DNA of 64,000 bases, from positions 9,614 through 73,613 of the IMG/VR virus record IMGVR_UViG_3300031997_000006, one strand, 5' to 3'. The position numbers and the translations under genes were made by a program. Position 1 is the stretch's first letter; every line of letters begins with the position of its first letter. The notes beneath the pieces were generated by a model that worked only from the letters and a program-made list of their open reading frames with translations, had not been told where the DNA came from and did not search any database. Shown in pieces: positions 39,691 through 48,745 of the stretch. This stretch comes from a virus.

Positions 39691-40278
39691 ATGAATAGGT
39701 CTAACAAATTAATAGTGCGAGATATTGATGATATGATATCAACAAATTTAATAGTTCGACATAAAGGAGGGTCTCATGCTTACGGTACAAATATTGAAAC
39801 ATCAGATATTGATATTCGTGGTATATTCTGTGCAGATGCAGTAAATATTTTAACTCCTTTTTATAAAGTTGAACATAAAGTTGAACAGAAAGTGGTATTA
39901 GATAAAGATATTGATATTACAATGTATGAGTTGTGTAGATTTGTAGAATTATACACTGCAGGAAATCCGAATATACTCGAGACACTCTGGATTGATCAAG
40001 TTGATATATTAGAAAGTACTACAGAGTACGGTATTTTAAGGGCTGTACGCCAAAATTTATTAAGTTCCAAAGTAGCTTTTACATTTACAGGCTATGCCTC
40101 TGCCCAAGCATCAAAATTAAAATCTCGTAGTAAAAATGTAAGTTATGAAGAAGATTTACAGATGTTGATTAATATATTACAACAAGGACTTCAAGATAAA
40201 TTAATTGATTTAGAATTTATAGAACGTGAATGTGGAGATATAGTATTACAATATTTATTAAATAAAAAATTAATATAA
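39691..40278 (+). CDS. Pol-beta-superfamily nucleotidyltransferase (YcgL/RlaP-like), N-terminal fragment
   Basis: GGSHAYGTNIETSDIDIRGIF, GNPNILE, FTGYA. Confidence 0.85.
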   Translation: MNRSNKLIVRDIDDMISTNLIVRHKGGSHAYGTNIETSDIDIRGIFCADAVNILTPFYKVEHKVEQKVVLDKDIDITMYELCRFVELYTAGNPNILETLWIDQVDILESTTEYGILRAVRQNLLSSKVAFTFTGYASAQASKLKSRSKNVSYEEDLQMLINILQQGLQDKLIDLEFIERECGDIVLQYLLNKKLI

Positions 40279-40297
40279 GAATATTAAAGGTATTTGC

Positions 40298-41329
40298 TTG
40301 GATGAATTAATTATAAAAATTAAACAACATTTAACACGAAAAGATGGTAGATTAAATAATCATAGAATAACAGGAAATATAAGTACTGAAAATGCACAAT
40401 TAATATCAGAGTTGGTAGAATTGACAAATTTTTTAGACGATTCTGCATCTATACCACAAAGATGGTGGCATATTAAAAGTAATATATTATATATACCTAG
40501 TTGTGAAAAGTGTGGAGCAAATACTAAATTTAAAGATAATAGGTATGACAGATATTGTTCCCATAATTGTGCAGTTACATCAATTGAAAATTCTATAAGA
40601 ACAAGTAATGCATTTAAAGGTAAACTTGTTCCGCCTGAACGAGTATTGCGATCAAAAGAAACAAGAATAAAAAATGGATATTATAAAGATCGTGAATCAA
40701 CAATTAAAAAATTTAGTCAATCAAAACAAGGTGCGAATAATCCATGTTATGGTAAACATCCTTGGAATTGGGGATTAAGAGGAGCAGAATGTCCTAATTA
40801 TGGAACTAAAAAAGCAGAACATACTAAACGCTATGGAATAGATAATAACTTATTTGGAAAACCTGCACCGAAAAATGCAGGGCGAGGAGTGCATGGTAGA
40901 TTTAATAATATACATTTTAGAAGTAGTTTAGAATTATGTTATTTAATATACTGGTATCGTAATAATATTGAAGTAGTATCTGCTGAAACTAAAACATTTC
41001 GTGTACAATATTATGATCAATTTAATAATATTAGATCATATGTACCTGATTATTATATTCCTATTACAAATGAATTATATGAAATAAAACCAAAGTTTTT
41101 TCAAACTAATACACAAGTACAAGAAAAATTTAAAACACTTATTAAATACCATACAGATAAAATATGTAAGTTTGGAAGTGGATATGAATTAATAGATACT
41201 ATACAAGATATTATGTATAATATTTCACAATACATTGAAAATAATATATTAATAATATCAGAATCTCAACTTGAAAAACTAGAGAAAAATCGTAATGAAA
41301 TCATTAGAACAATTATACATTCATTATAA
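40298..41329 (+). CDS. Putative homing endonuclease (NUMOD3-like repeats, TnsA/PD-(D/E)XK C-domain)
   Basis: CEKC..YCS..C, GANNPCYGK-type repeats, FRSSLE...YVPDY...EIKP. Confidence 0.75.
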   Translation: MDELIIKIKQHLTRKDGRLNNHRITGNISTENAQLISELVELTNFLDDSASIPQRWWHIKSNILYIPSCEKCGANTKFKDNRYDRYCSHNCAVTSIENSIRTSNAFKGKLVPPERVLRSKETRIKNGYYKDRESTIKKFSQSKQGANNPCYGKHPWNWGLRGAECPNYGTKKAEHTKRYGIDNNLFGKPAPKNAGRGVHGRFNNIHFRSSLELCYLIYWYRNNIEVVSAETKTFRVQYYDQFNNIRSYVPDYYIPITNELYEIKPKFFQTNTQVQEKFKTLIKYHTDKICKFGSGYELIDTIQDIMYNISQYIENNILIISESQLEKLEKNRNEIIRTIIHSL

Positions 41330-41999
41330 CAAACGAAAAAATTACCGTAGTACTACAAAATTATGCAAACCAAAAGAGATAGATTATGTATCTCTAGTTC
41401 ATAATTTTACAGATGCTAAAATTTTTAGTATTGATATTAAAGACTATCAACATGGATACAGATTAATACCGTATGGTGATGCTTTATTTGGTTTGTATAA
41501 AGTTGATGGTTATGATACATTTGATGATCGTGGCTCATTAAATACAACTTTTGATCCTGAAACTGGATTTTTTACTGAAGATGATCAACGTAGATTACCA
41601 ATGTTTATTCTTAAGTTTGCTAAACAAGAATATAATCGTGTTCACACTGATTGGAAAAATTATTGGGAGTGGAAAATTAACAGAAATGTAATTCGTGGTG
41701 CAATGGAAGAAACATTTGGTTATGACGGAAAGAACGCACTCCATTTAGTTCGCCTTATGAAAATGGGAGCTGAGATCTTAGAAACTGGTATTGTTAATGT
41801 TAAACGACCAGATGCTGCTGAATTATTAGCAATTCGGAATGGTTCGTGGTCTTATGAAGAGTTATTAGAATATTCTGAATATATGGATAATAAAATTCGT
41901 AATGAATTGTATCATACAACATCGTTGCCTAAAGTTCCAAATATCAAATTGGCTGCAAAAACGATTTTAGAAGTTCAAGAATCAATGTGGCATAAATGA
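41295..41999 (+). CDS. Nucleotidyltransferase, C-terminal fragment
   Basis: YWEWK.NRN..R..ME..FGYDGKNALHLVRL..MG.EIL..G...V.RPDAAELLAIRNG. Confidence 0.85.
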   Translation: MKSLEQLYIHYNKRKNYRSTTKLCKPKEIDYVSLVHNFTDAKIFSIDIKDYQHGYRLIPYGDALFGLYKVDGYDTFDDRGSLNTTFDPETGFFTEDDQRRLPMFILKFAKQEYNRVHTDWKNYWEWKINRNVIRGAMEETFGYDGKNALHLVRLMKMGAEILETGIVNVKRPDAAELLAIRNGSWSYEELLEYSEYMDNKIRNELYHTTSLPKVPNIKLAAKTILEVQESMWHK

Positions 42000-42000
42000 T

Positions 42001-42609
42001 ATGAAATTGAACACTATATTAATAGAAAATCCACAAATAATTCCAGGTTTAGATAAACTTGAAGATTTAGATATTTATAATGTCAATAAAGCGTTATTTC
42101 AAACTCTTATACATCGAGCTCAGTTTATATATCATAAATTTAATGATACACATATAGTATATGTAGCAAACAATGAGTATTTTTGTTTGGATTATGATTT
42201 GAAAAAAATTTCATATTATATGAAATATGAAGTTGGTCAAACACCTATATTGGGAACATACTTATGGCAATCATTAATATGGCGTGCTAAACAAACTCCT
42301 TATATTAAGACACTACCCCACGATATATTTTTTAATACTTTATTACCAAAATATGGTACTATATGTACAGATGGACAACAAATTAATGATGGTAGAGATT
42401 TCTGGGAATATCAAATAATATATGCTCTTAACAACAATATAAATGTATATTATCATAATATGCAAAATAAAGATTTAATTAAAATTAAAAATAATATGCA
42501 TTTTCATAAATTAATAAGTCAGTATGACATATGGGGTGATACTTTACAATATCAAAAAAAACGTATGGTAATAACAAATCATATATTACCACAAAGTAAT
42601 ATGAAGTAA
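42001..42609 (+). CDS. Hypothetical protein, possibly degenerate GNAT-like fold
   Basis: MKLNTILIEN N-terminus; TDGQQ..DGR.FW similar to 52872. Confidence 0.5.
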   Translation: MKLNTILIENPQIIPGLDKLEDLDIYNVNKALFQTLIHRAQFIYHKFNDTHIVYVANNEYFCLDYDLKKISYYMKYEVGQTPILGTYLWQSLIWRAKQTPYIKTLPHDIFFNTLLPKYGTICTDGQQINDGRDFWEYQIIYALNNNINVYYHNMQNKDLIKIKNNMHFHKLISQYDIWGDTLQYQKKRMVITNHILPQSNMK

Positions 42610-42667
42610 TAAATGATTTGAAGAGCGATTGAAAATAATGCAATTCAAATAATACTAGACTATTAAT

Positions 42668-43333
42668 ATGAACCTTAATAATGCAAGAAAACATTTTCCG
42701 TTAATAATTGAACAAGCTCACCGAAACTTTGATAATATCATTACAGAACACCCTGGTATGATTGAAGTAGTTGAAAACGCGGCTGTAGAGTTAGTTGATA
42801 TTAAAATGGCTAGAGTATCTAAATTAATAATTTTGCGAAAAATTATAGATAAATTTAACGATATTATATATTCTTATACAGCTTGTAGTAAAGGATGCTC
42901 ATCTTGTTGTTACATGGCAACATTAACATTTTCAATAGAAGTTGAAGAAATAGGAATACGTGTTGGGAAAAAACCAAAACCTTTTAAAGGTATATTTAAA
43001 AATATTGATGATGCAACATTAACTAAAGTACAAGATGAAATTCAAGGTATTCCATGTACATTTTTAAAAGATAATCAATGTTCTATTTATGATATAAGAC
43101 CATTAGCTTGTAGATTACACCATAACTTATCTGAAGTATCATTTATGTGTGATACTTCACTTAAATCTGAAGATACCTGTATTCCAAAAATCGATTTCCC
43201 ACAATTCACTTTTGCTATGGTAGTAATGCTCAGTGGTGATGGAAATAAAATGGGAGATATTAGAGAAGCATTTCCCACTTCTGCAAAATCTATTTATCAA
43301 ATAGGTGATAATCATGTTAATAACAAAATGTAG
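42668..43333 (+). CDS. YkgJ-family (CxxCxxCC) cysteine-cluster protein
   Basis: CSKGCSSCC, PCTFL...CSIYDIRPLACR. Confidence 0.85.
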   Translation: MNLNNARKHFPLIIEQAHRNFDNIITEHPGMIEVVENAAVELVDIKMARVSKLIILRKIIDKFNDIIYSYTACSKGCSSCCYMATLTFSIEVEEIGIRVGKKPKPFKGIFKNIDDATLTKVQDEIQGIPCTFLKDNQCSIYDIRPLACRLHHNLSEVSFMCDTSLKSEDTCIPKIDFPQFTFAMVVMLSGDGNKMGDIREAFPTSAKSIYQIGDNHVNNKM

Positions 43334-43511
43334 TACATTGACAGGTAAAATACATCAGTGTGAAATTAATGTAACTGAAGAACAATTAACGGCTTGGCAA
43401 AGCGGTATGCTAATACAAGTTGCTATGCCTCAAGTTTCATCTGATGATAGAGAGTTTATTATAACTGGATCCACCTCCGAAGAATGGGATGAGATATTTG
43501 GTGGTAGTTAA
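43314..43511 (+). CDS. Small hypothetical phage protein
   Basis: LIQ.AMP..S.DDREFI.TG...EEWD. Confidence 0.6.
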   Translation: MLITKCSTLTGKIHQCEINVTEEQLTAWQSGMLIQVAMPQVSSDDREFIITGSTSEEWDEIFGGS

Positions 43512-43525
43512 TAGTTGGTATTAAA

Positions 43526-43864
43526 ATGATAGATTTTAATCAATTTACACTAGATAAAAATATTAAAAATGATAATTGTTCTGGATTAATATTTAAAGCA
43601 GAAGTACAATCATTTATGGATAAAAGACATACATATGTTAATACCTATAAAATAGTATTATTGAGACGGAAATCTTGTAAATGTATTAATTGTCAAATAC
43701 TATATGATTGTTATTTAGAATCATGTTCTAATGAATGTTGGCCTATATTACCTGATAATATAACTAATGGATTATTGTATACTTTGAACATAATCAATGA
43801 ACATAAAGATTGGGAAACAGGTAATGTAGATGATTATGATTTTACTTTTGTTGAATTACATTAA
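43526..43864 (+). CDS. Hypothetical protein
   Basis: Cys-rich; DWETGNVDD. Confidence 0.55.
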   Translation: MIDFNQFTLDKNIKNDNCSGLIFKAEVQSFMDKRHTYVNTYKIVLLRRKSCKCINCQILYDCYLESCSNECWPILPDNITNGLLYTLNIINEHKDWETGNVDDYDFTFVELH

Positions 43865-43890
43865 TAATATTTTTGATATAGATTATTAAC

Positions 43891-44340
43891 TCATAACATC
43901 GCTAATAATTGTTGTTTTATTTTCGGATCTGTATGTCTATGTAATAATTGAGAAGCAATATTCATAGCGCGAATTTTATAATTAACTTTACTATCTACTT
44001 GTTGTGATAATTTTGCAATATATTTTTGCATTTTAACTATATTTTTAGGATTACCATATACTTGCCCTGCAAGAGCCATCATGCTGTTTGCTAAGGTTGT
44101 GTGATTACCAATATTATTTAACACTCGTTGTACTATTGTACACACCATATCATAAGTTAGTGCTGCATTTAAAGTTGCAGCATCTTGTTTAATAATACTC
44201 CACATTACCATAACTTTTGCAACAGTATGTGCTCTATCTTCCGATATTGTTGCATTATTATTAATAATTGAACGTAAATCCGCTACAAGATTAGCACCAG
44301 ATTCTGTTATTAAATTATTAACTTGTTGAATTAATTTCAT
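43891..44340 (-). CDS. Putative internal/virion protein
   Basis: MKLIQQVNNLITE N-terminus; part of a late operon. Confidence 0.55.
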   Translation of the reverse strand: MKLIQQVNNLITESGANLVADLRSIINNNATISEDRAHTVAKVMVMWSIIKQDAATLNAALTYDMVCTIVQRVLNNIGNHTTLANSMMALAGQVYGNPKNIVKMQKYIAKLSQQVDSKVNYKIRAMNIASQLLHRHTDPKIKQQLLAML

Positions 44341-44906
44341 TATATAACATTCTCCACATCAGTTGATGGGTGTGTCGAATATGTAGTCGATGAATGATGT
44401 ATTTTATCAATTATATGAGTATATTGTTTTTTTAATTTATCAATAATATTTATTAATGCTTTAGGATTAGTTTTTACTAATTTTAAATAGTGTGATTGTA
44501 ACTCAATTCCTGATACTCCTTCATCATTTATCATTAAAGGTAATTTACGTAACAACTTAAGCTCAATTGGTTGTAACGGATCAACACCTTCAACATCAAG
44601 CATCACACTTAAAAAATCACGAATAGAATTACTATCTATGGTTTTACGAGATTGTGGATATCTCAATAAATCAAGAGCTGCTAATATGCCAAATCGATTA
44701 CGAATATCATTATCGGTTATATCATTTTTAAACTTATGTTTGAGTACTGCACCTAACGTATATAAAAAACTAACAACAGTTTCACATACAAGTACATCGT
44801 TCTCCACTAACATATACATGCTATTACTATAAATAATATTAGCAACTTCTTGTAACTCACGTTGCTGATTATTTATAGTGTTGTGTATCTCTTTAATCAT
44901 AATCAC
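44340..44906 (-). CDS. Putative internal/virion protein, paralogue of 44921
   Basis: Shares LAALDL.RYPQ.RK.IDSNS.R with the neighbour. Confidence 0.6.
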   Translation of the reverse strand: MIMIKEIHNTINNQQRELQEVANIIYSNSMYMLVENDVLVCETVVSFLYTLGAVLKHKFKNDITDNDIRNRFGILAALDLLRYPQSRKTIDSNSIRDFLSVMLDVEGVDPLQPIELKLLRKLPLMINDEGVSGIELQSHYLKLVKTNPKALINIIDKLKKQYTHIIDKIHHSSTTYSTHPSTDVENVI

Positions 44907-44920
44907 AAACTGATCCTTAG

Positions 44921-45550
44921 TTAAGCAGGTTGCGGAGCTGGTATCGTATTCGGTGCAGTTGTTGGTTTATTTTGAGTAACCGGTTGTGGTGTAGCTACCG
45001 GTTTATTTTGGGTAGCTGGTTGTGGTGTAGTATTTACCGCTGTTTTTAATTTTCCAGTTATTTGACCATACTGAGATCTCAATTTATTAATACTTGCTAA
45101 TAGCATTTTAGGATTTGATTTAGCTAATTCTAAATACCCAGCTCGTATATCCATACCAGATTTACCTTCATCATTTTTCATATTTTCCAGGCTATTACAT
45201 AATTTAACTTCAATTTGATTTAATGGAGTAGCAGTTTCAACTCCATTGATTATATTCAAATATGCACGGACTGAATTACTATCTATTATTTTACGAGCTT
45301 GAGGGTATCTCATTAAATCAAGTGCAGCTAACACACTAAACATATTTCTAGTAGCATTATCATTAGGATCAAGTTCTTTACCTGCGTTTAATTTTGCAAC
45401 CAAAGTACCTAAAAACCCTTCAGCGGATTCACATAACATAAGACTATTTTCTTCTAATATAATGCTATTGTGTTCTATAATATCAATAACTTCTTGCAAA
45501 GTTTGTAAACTTTCATTAAGAGTTTTATTTATTTCTTTAATCATACTCAC
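44921..45550 (-). CDS. Putative internal/virion protein
   Basis: MIKEINKTLNES N-terminus; CATAAATA at 45581-45588 (minus); Pro/Thr-rich tail. Confidence 0.6.
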   Translation of the reverse strand: MSMIKEINKTLNESLQTLQEVIDIIEHNSIILEENSLMLCESAEGFLGTLVAKLNAGKELDPNDNATRNMFSVLAALDLMRYPQARKIIDSNSVRAYLNIINGVETATPLNQIEVKLCNSLENMKNDEGKSGMDIRAGYLELAKSNPKMLLASINKLRSQYGQITGKLKTAVNTTPQPATQNKPVATPQPVTQNKPTTAPNTIPAPQPA

Positions 45551-45601
45551 GTGAGTATCTCCTTTAATTTTATATATTAATATTTATGTAATGCTATAGT
45601 A

Positions 45602-46744
45602 CTATAGTTTATTTTTTGCCTTAACAGCTTTAAACCTATTCATTAAATTACCACCAGGTGATGGATATAGATTAATAGATAAAAATTCCCACACCGATAC
45701 TGGAATTTGGACTCGTGTAGCTGAATCAACTGTTTGAATTAATGTCATAGCCATTTTCATAGAATACTCACATCCAGTTTTTAAGTACTCAAGTAATTCA
45801 TTTAATATCAATAATGTGTGAACATCATTTGTTAGTTGATTGCTTACATTAGGTAAATGAGCAATGTATTTTACTTCATCTTCAATATCTTTTATTTTAG
45901 CTTTAATATCTGATATAACAGCGGTAGGTACTTTAGTTGTTTCTTCTTTTACTTTATCCTCTTTTTTTGTCTCAGCTGCTTGTTTTTTAAGAAAATCTTC
46001 CATATATTCAACTTCAACTTCTTCATTTAATGTATTTTCAACTGATTCACCCATACTTTTTTGTAATATAGCTTCATCACCTTCTTCTTTTTCACGTTCA
46101 TAATCAGATTTATAATCATCCAAATCATCATCAGGTATAAAATGATCACTAACTTCATCTTTATGTTGAGCTTTTTTTAAGTCTGTTAATATTTTTTCTA
46201 ATTTTAATATTATTTTAGCCACTTCAACATCATTATGATCATGTTTATCTTTTCCCATATCAGCTGACTGGTGGTGAGCTAATTTATGAGCTAATAACTC
46301 TAATGAATGTATATCTTTGCTTACTGCTCGATCATGAGGATCTTTTGCATATTCTAATAATGTATAACTTTCATTCACATCTGTATCGGGTTCAAAATAT
46401 GACACAACAGTATACTGTTCATCGTTATTTGTAATTTTATGTACAATATTATTTTTAACTTGTTTATCAAGTGAAGCCCATTGAGTTTTAGCTTCTTTAT
46501 AAGCTCCACCTTTAATATGACCTAAAATACTATCTAATTTATCAGTGATAGTTTTATATTCATGTTTAAGATTAATGGATTCAGCTTGATTATGTTCTTT
46601 ATTATAATGCTTAATGGCAGCAATTAATACATGCTTAACAGTACCAATAGACTCTGAGTCTTTATGTATAGGTGTATTTTCCATTATAATGGCAGGTGGA
46701 AGTGTTTTAACTCCAGCTAACTTTAATATTTCATTTGTGATCAT
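45602..46744 (-). CDS. Putative prohead-core/internal head protein
   Basis: ILKLAGV start, many x-x-E sites (IIME, VNE, LLE, LNE), highly charged; late promoter at 46781. Confidence 0.55.
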   Translation of the reverse strand: MITNEILKLAGVKTLPPAIIMENTPIHKDSESIGTVKHVLIAAIKHYNKEHNQAESINLKHEYKTITDKLDSILGHIKGGAYKEAKTQWASLDKQVKNNIVHKITNNDEQYTVVSYFEPDTDVNESYTLLEYAKDPHDRAVSKDIHSLELLAHKLAHHQSADMGKDKHDHNDVEVAKIILKLEKILTDLKKAQHKDEVSDHFIPDDDLDDYKSDYEREKEEGDEAILQKSMGESVENTLNEEVEVEYMEDFLKKQAAETKKEDKVKEETTKVPTAVISDIKAKIKDIEDEVKYIAHLPNVSNQLTNDVHTLLILNELLEYLKTGCEYSMKMAMTLIQTVDSATRVQIPVSVWEFLSINLYPSPGGNLMNRFKAVKAKNKL

Positions 46745-46874
46745 ATTATGGTACCTTTTTATTAATATGTGATATTAATATATTTATGTATATTCAACAT
46801 AAACAGCTATTATCATGGTTAATTTGTAAATAAATATAAATATATTTACGAACATACCAATTTGGAGTGTACAT

Positions 46875-47039
46875 ATGCCGAGCCATAGTTCAAAACAAAA
46901 AAAATTTATGACTGCAGTATGCAAAAATAAAAAATTTGCTAAAAAGGTGGGTGTACCACAATCTGTTGGTTGTGAATTTCACAACGCTGATAAATTAAAA
47001 GAATCAGTGTTAACATTCAAACAATTTTTAATCATCTAA
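46875..47039 (+). CDS. Small basic phage protein (not in ORF track)
   Basis: MPSHSSKQKKFMTAV...FAKKVGVPQSVG.EF..AD; GGAG RBS; TATAAATA at 46835. Confidence 0.6.
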   Translation: MPSHSSKQKKFMTAVCKNKKFAKKVGVPQSVGCEFHNADKLKESVLTFKQFLII

Positions 47040-47052
47040 CGGAGCTAGATAA

Positions 47053-47190
47053 ATGAGTCTATTAAAAGAACTAAATGATATGATCACAGAAACATCTGAC
47101 GGTACAGTATCTTCCAGAACTAGAGCAGTTGTGTATCATGCTGATTATGAAAAACGTAAGAAAAAAAGAAAAGCTAAAAAGCAAAATTAA
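47053..47190 (+). CDS. Small late protein (not in ORF track)
   Basis: MSLLKELNDMITE...KRKKKRKAKK; GGAG RBS. Confidence 0.5.
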   Translation: MSLLKELNDMITETSDGTVSSRTRAVVYHADYEKRKKKRKAKKQN

Positions 47191-47192
47191 AA

Positions 47193-47813
47193 ATGCTATT
47201 GCATGAATTATTAACAAAGCAAATAAAATCCTTACTTATAGCTCGAACTCCAGCGCATGAAAAAAATACAACGGAGTTTGAGTGGCTTGAAGGAGGAGGA
47301 TATACTTTACCTAAAAAATGGGAAAAATTAGGACATGGTTCACAAGCATCTACTTTTTTACATACTAGAAGTAATACTGCAGTAAAAGTTCTATATGTTG
47401 AAGGTACTCAAGATCCCGCATACCAATTCTTAAGGTTATGTGTTCAACATCAAAATAATATACATTTCCCACAAATTTACGCATTTAAACAATATAAAAC
47501 AAATGATCCTGATATTTCAAAAATAATACTCAATATGGAACGGTTGTATAAAATTACTGGTAGCAATATTAAAATTGTAGAAAAGTTATTAAATACAAAA
47601 ATAAATACACCAACATCTCTTAAAATTAACATGCAAGATGTTCAATTTAGAAAATCATTAATAGATCGTGCAAAGACTTTAGAACTTAAACAAGCATTGC
47701 GGTTAATTGAAATATTATTTAAACATTATAATCAAGATATGCATATGGGGAATGTTATGCTAAGATACACTGGTTCTGATTATGAAGTAGTGTTTATTGA
47801 TCCAGTGAGCTAA
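47193..47813 (+). CDS. Protein kinase-like enzyme
   Basis: LGHGSQA, AVKV, FPQIY, MERL, DMHMGNVM, FIDP. Confidence 0.75.
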   Translation: MLLHELLTKQIKSLLIARTPAHEKNTTEFEWLEGGGYTLPKKWEKLGHGSQASTFLHTRSNTAVKVLYVEGTQDPAYQFLRLCVQHQNNIHFPQIYAFKQYKTNDPDISKIILNMERLYKITGSNIKIVEKLLNTKINTPTSLKINMQDVQFRKSLIDRAKTLELKQALRLIEILFKHYNQDMHMGNVMLRYTGSDYEVVFIDPVS

Positions 47814-47824
47814 TTTTATTATAC

Positions 47825-47852
47825 AAAAAAATAGTAGCCATTTTGACTACTA
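47825..47852 (-). terminator. Rho-independent terminator for rlpA
   Basis: UAGUAGUCA-AAA-UGGCUACUA then a U-run on the minus strand. Confidence 0.7.
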
Positions 47853-47888
47853 CTCTAAGTAAAAACCTGTGCGGGTTGTTAAATATAT

Positions 47889-48374
47889 TTAAATAGTTTC
47901 TATTCGTACCATACCAATGCCAGCAAGTTGTATTGCTTTTGCGGCACCTCGTGATAAATCAATAAGTCTACCTTTAATGTACGGTCCTCGATCATTTACA
48001 GTTACAATCACTGATTTATGATTTTTTAAATTTGTAACTCTTACTCGAGTTGGTAATGATAGTGTTCGATGAGCTGCTGTTAATCCATTTGGATTAAAAT
48101 GAGCGCCAGTGCTGGTTTGATTACCTGATTCACTACCATACCACGAAGCTAGTCCTATTGCGCGATACGACCCCGTAATTCCTTGTACTATGTGTGTTTT
48201 CCATCCTTTGTGTTTTGTAGTTTTTTGTTTATGTGTTACTGTAACATTACCTACATGGTGTGTTGTTTTCAATTTATAAGTTTTTGCGTGTATTGTACTG
48301 TTCCACATTATTAATATTGATAATAATAACATGCGAACAAAGCCACGGCTTAAATGATTAAATATCATTTTCAT
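47889..48374 (-). CDS. rlpA: RlpA-family lytic transglycosylase (DPBB)
   Basis: Signal peptide; GLASWYG, TAAHRTL, VNDRGP...RLIDLS. Confidence 0.9.
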   Translation of the reverse strand: MKMIFNHLSRGFVRMLLLSILIMWNSTIHAKTYKLKTTHHVGNVTVTHKQKTTKHKGWKTHIVQGITGSYRAIGLASWYGSESGNQTSTGAHFNPNGLTAAHRTLSLPTRVRVTNLKNHKSVIVTVNDRGPYIKGRLIDLSRGAAKAIQLAGIGMVRIETI

Positions 48375-48379
48375 TAGCT

Positions 48380-48655
48380 ATACCTCCTTTGTGAGTGTTA
48401 GCGCTAATATGAGGTCAAAATTTGAACCTCATTGGTTGCGAGTGCACAGGACATAGTGTGGAGATTAACATCTCGGTCGTTCAATTAAGATCGTAACACT
48501 ATTAAGTTGAACTAGAATATTATACAAACTATATTCACTTCAGGCGATGATTGAGTTGTTAATCACTCTTCTCACTTATATGCGCCCTGGTTCGTTCTGA
48601 CCAATAATTTCTTTTCTAAATTAACCCTACAAGATGTTTTGCAGAACTAATCATT
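48380..48655 (-). ncRNA. Candidate ~280-nt structured leader RNA of rlpA
   Basis: At least seven hairpins in a GC-elevated intergenic region between a late promoter (48658-48665) and the AAGGAGG RBS. Confidence 0.5.
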
Positions 48656-48745
48656 TTTATTTATCATTTTATAACCCCAAATTTCACTGTTTAAGTGTAT
48701 CTTAAGATTTAATTATCTTGACCATCATCTTCAAATAATAATAAA

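Noticed and set aside
40140-41360. Group I intron or intein in the nucleotidyltransferase
   Set aside because: The interval is almost fully coding with no recognisable intron core, and has no intein N-terminal block or HN|C/S/T end
48380-48655. c-di-AMP (ydaO) riboswitch or tRNA/tmRNA identity for the rlpA leader
   Set aside because: Only short chance similarities (TAGGG, GCTAAC); consensus order and tRNA arms are not found
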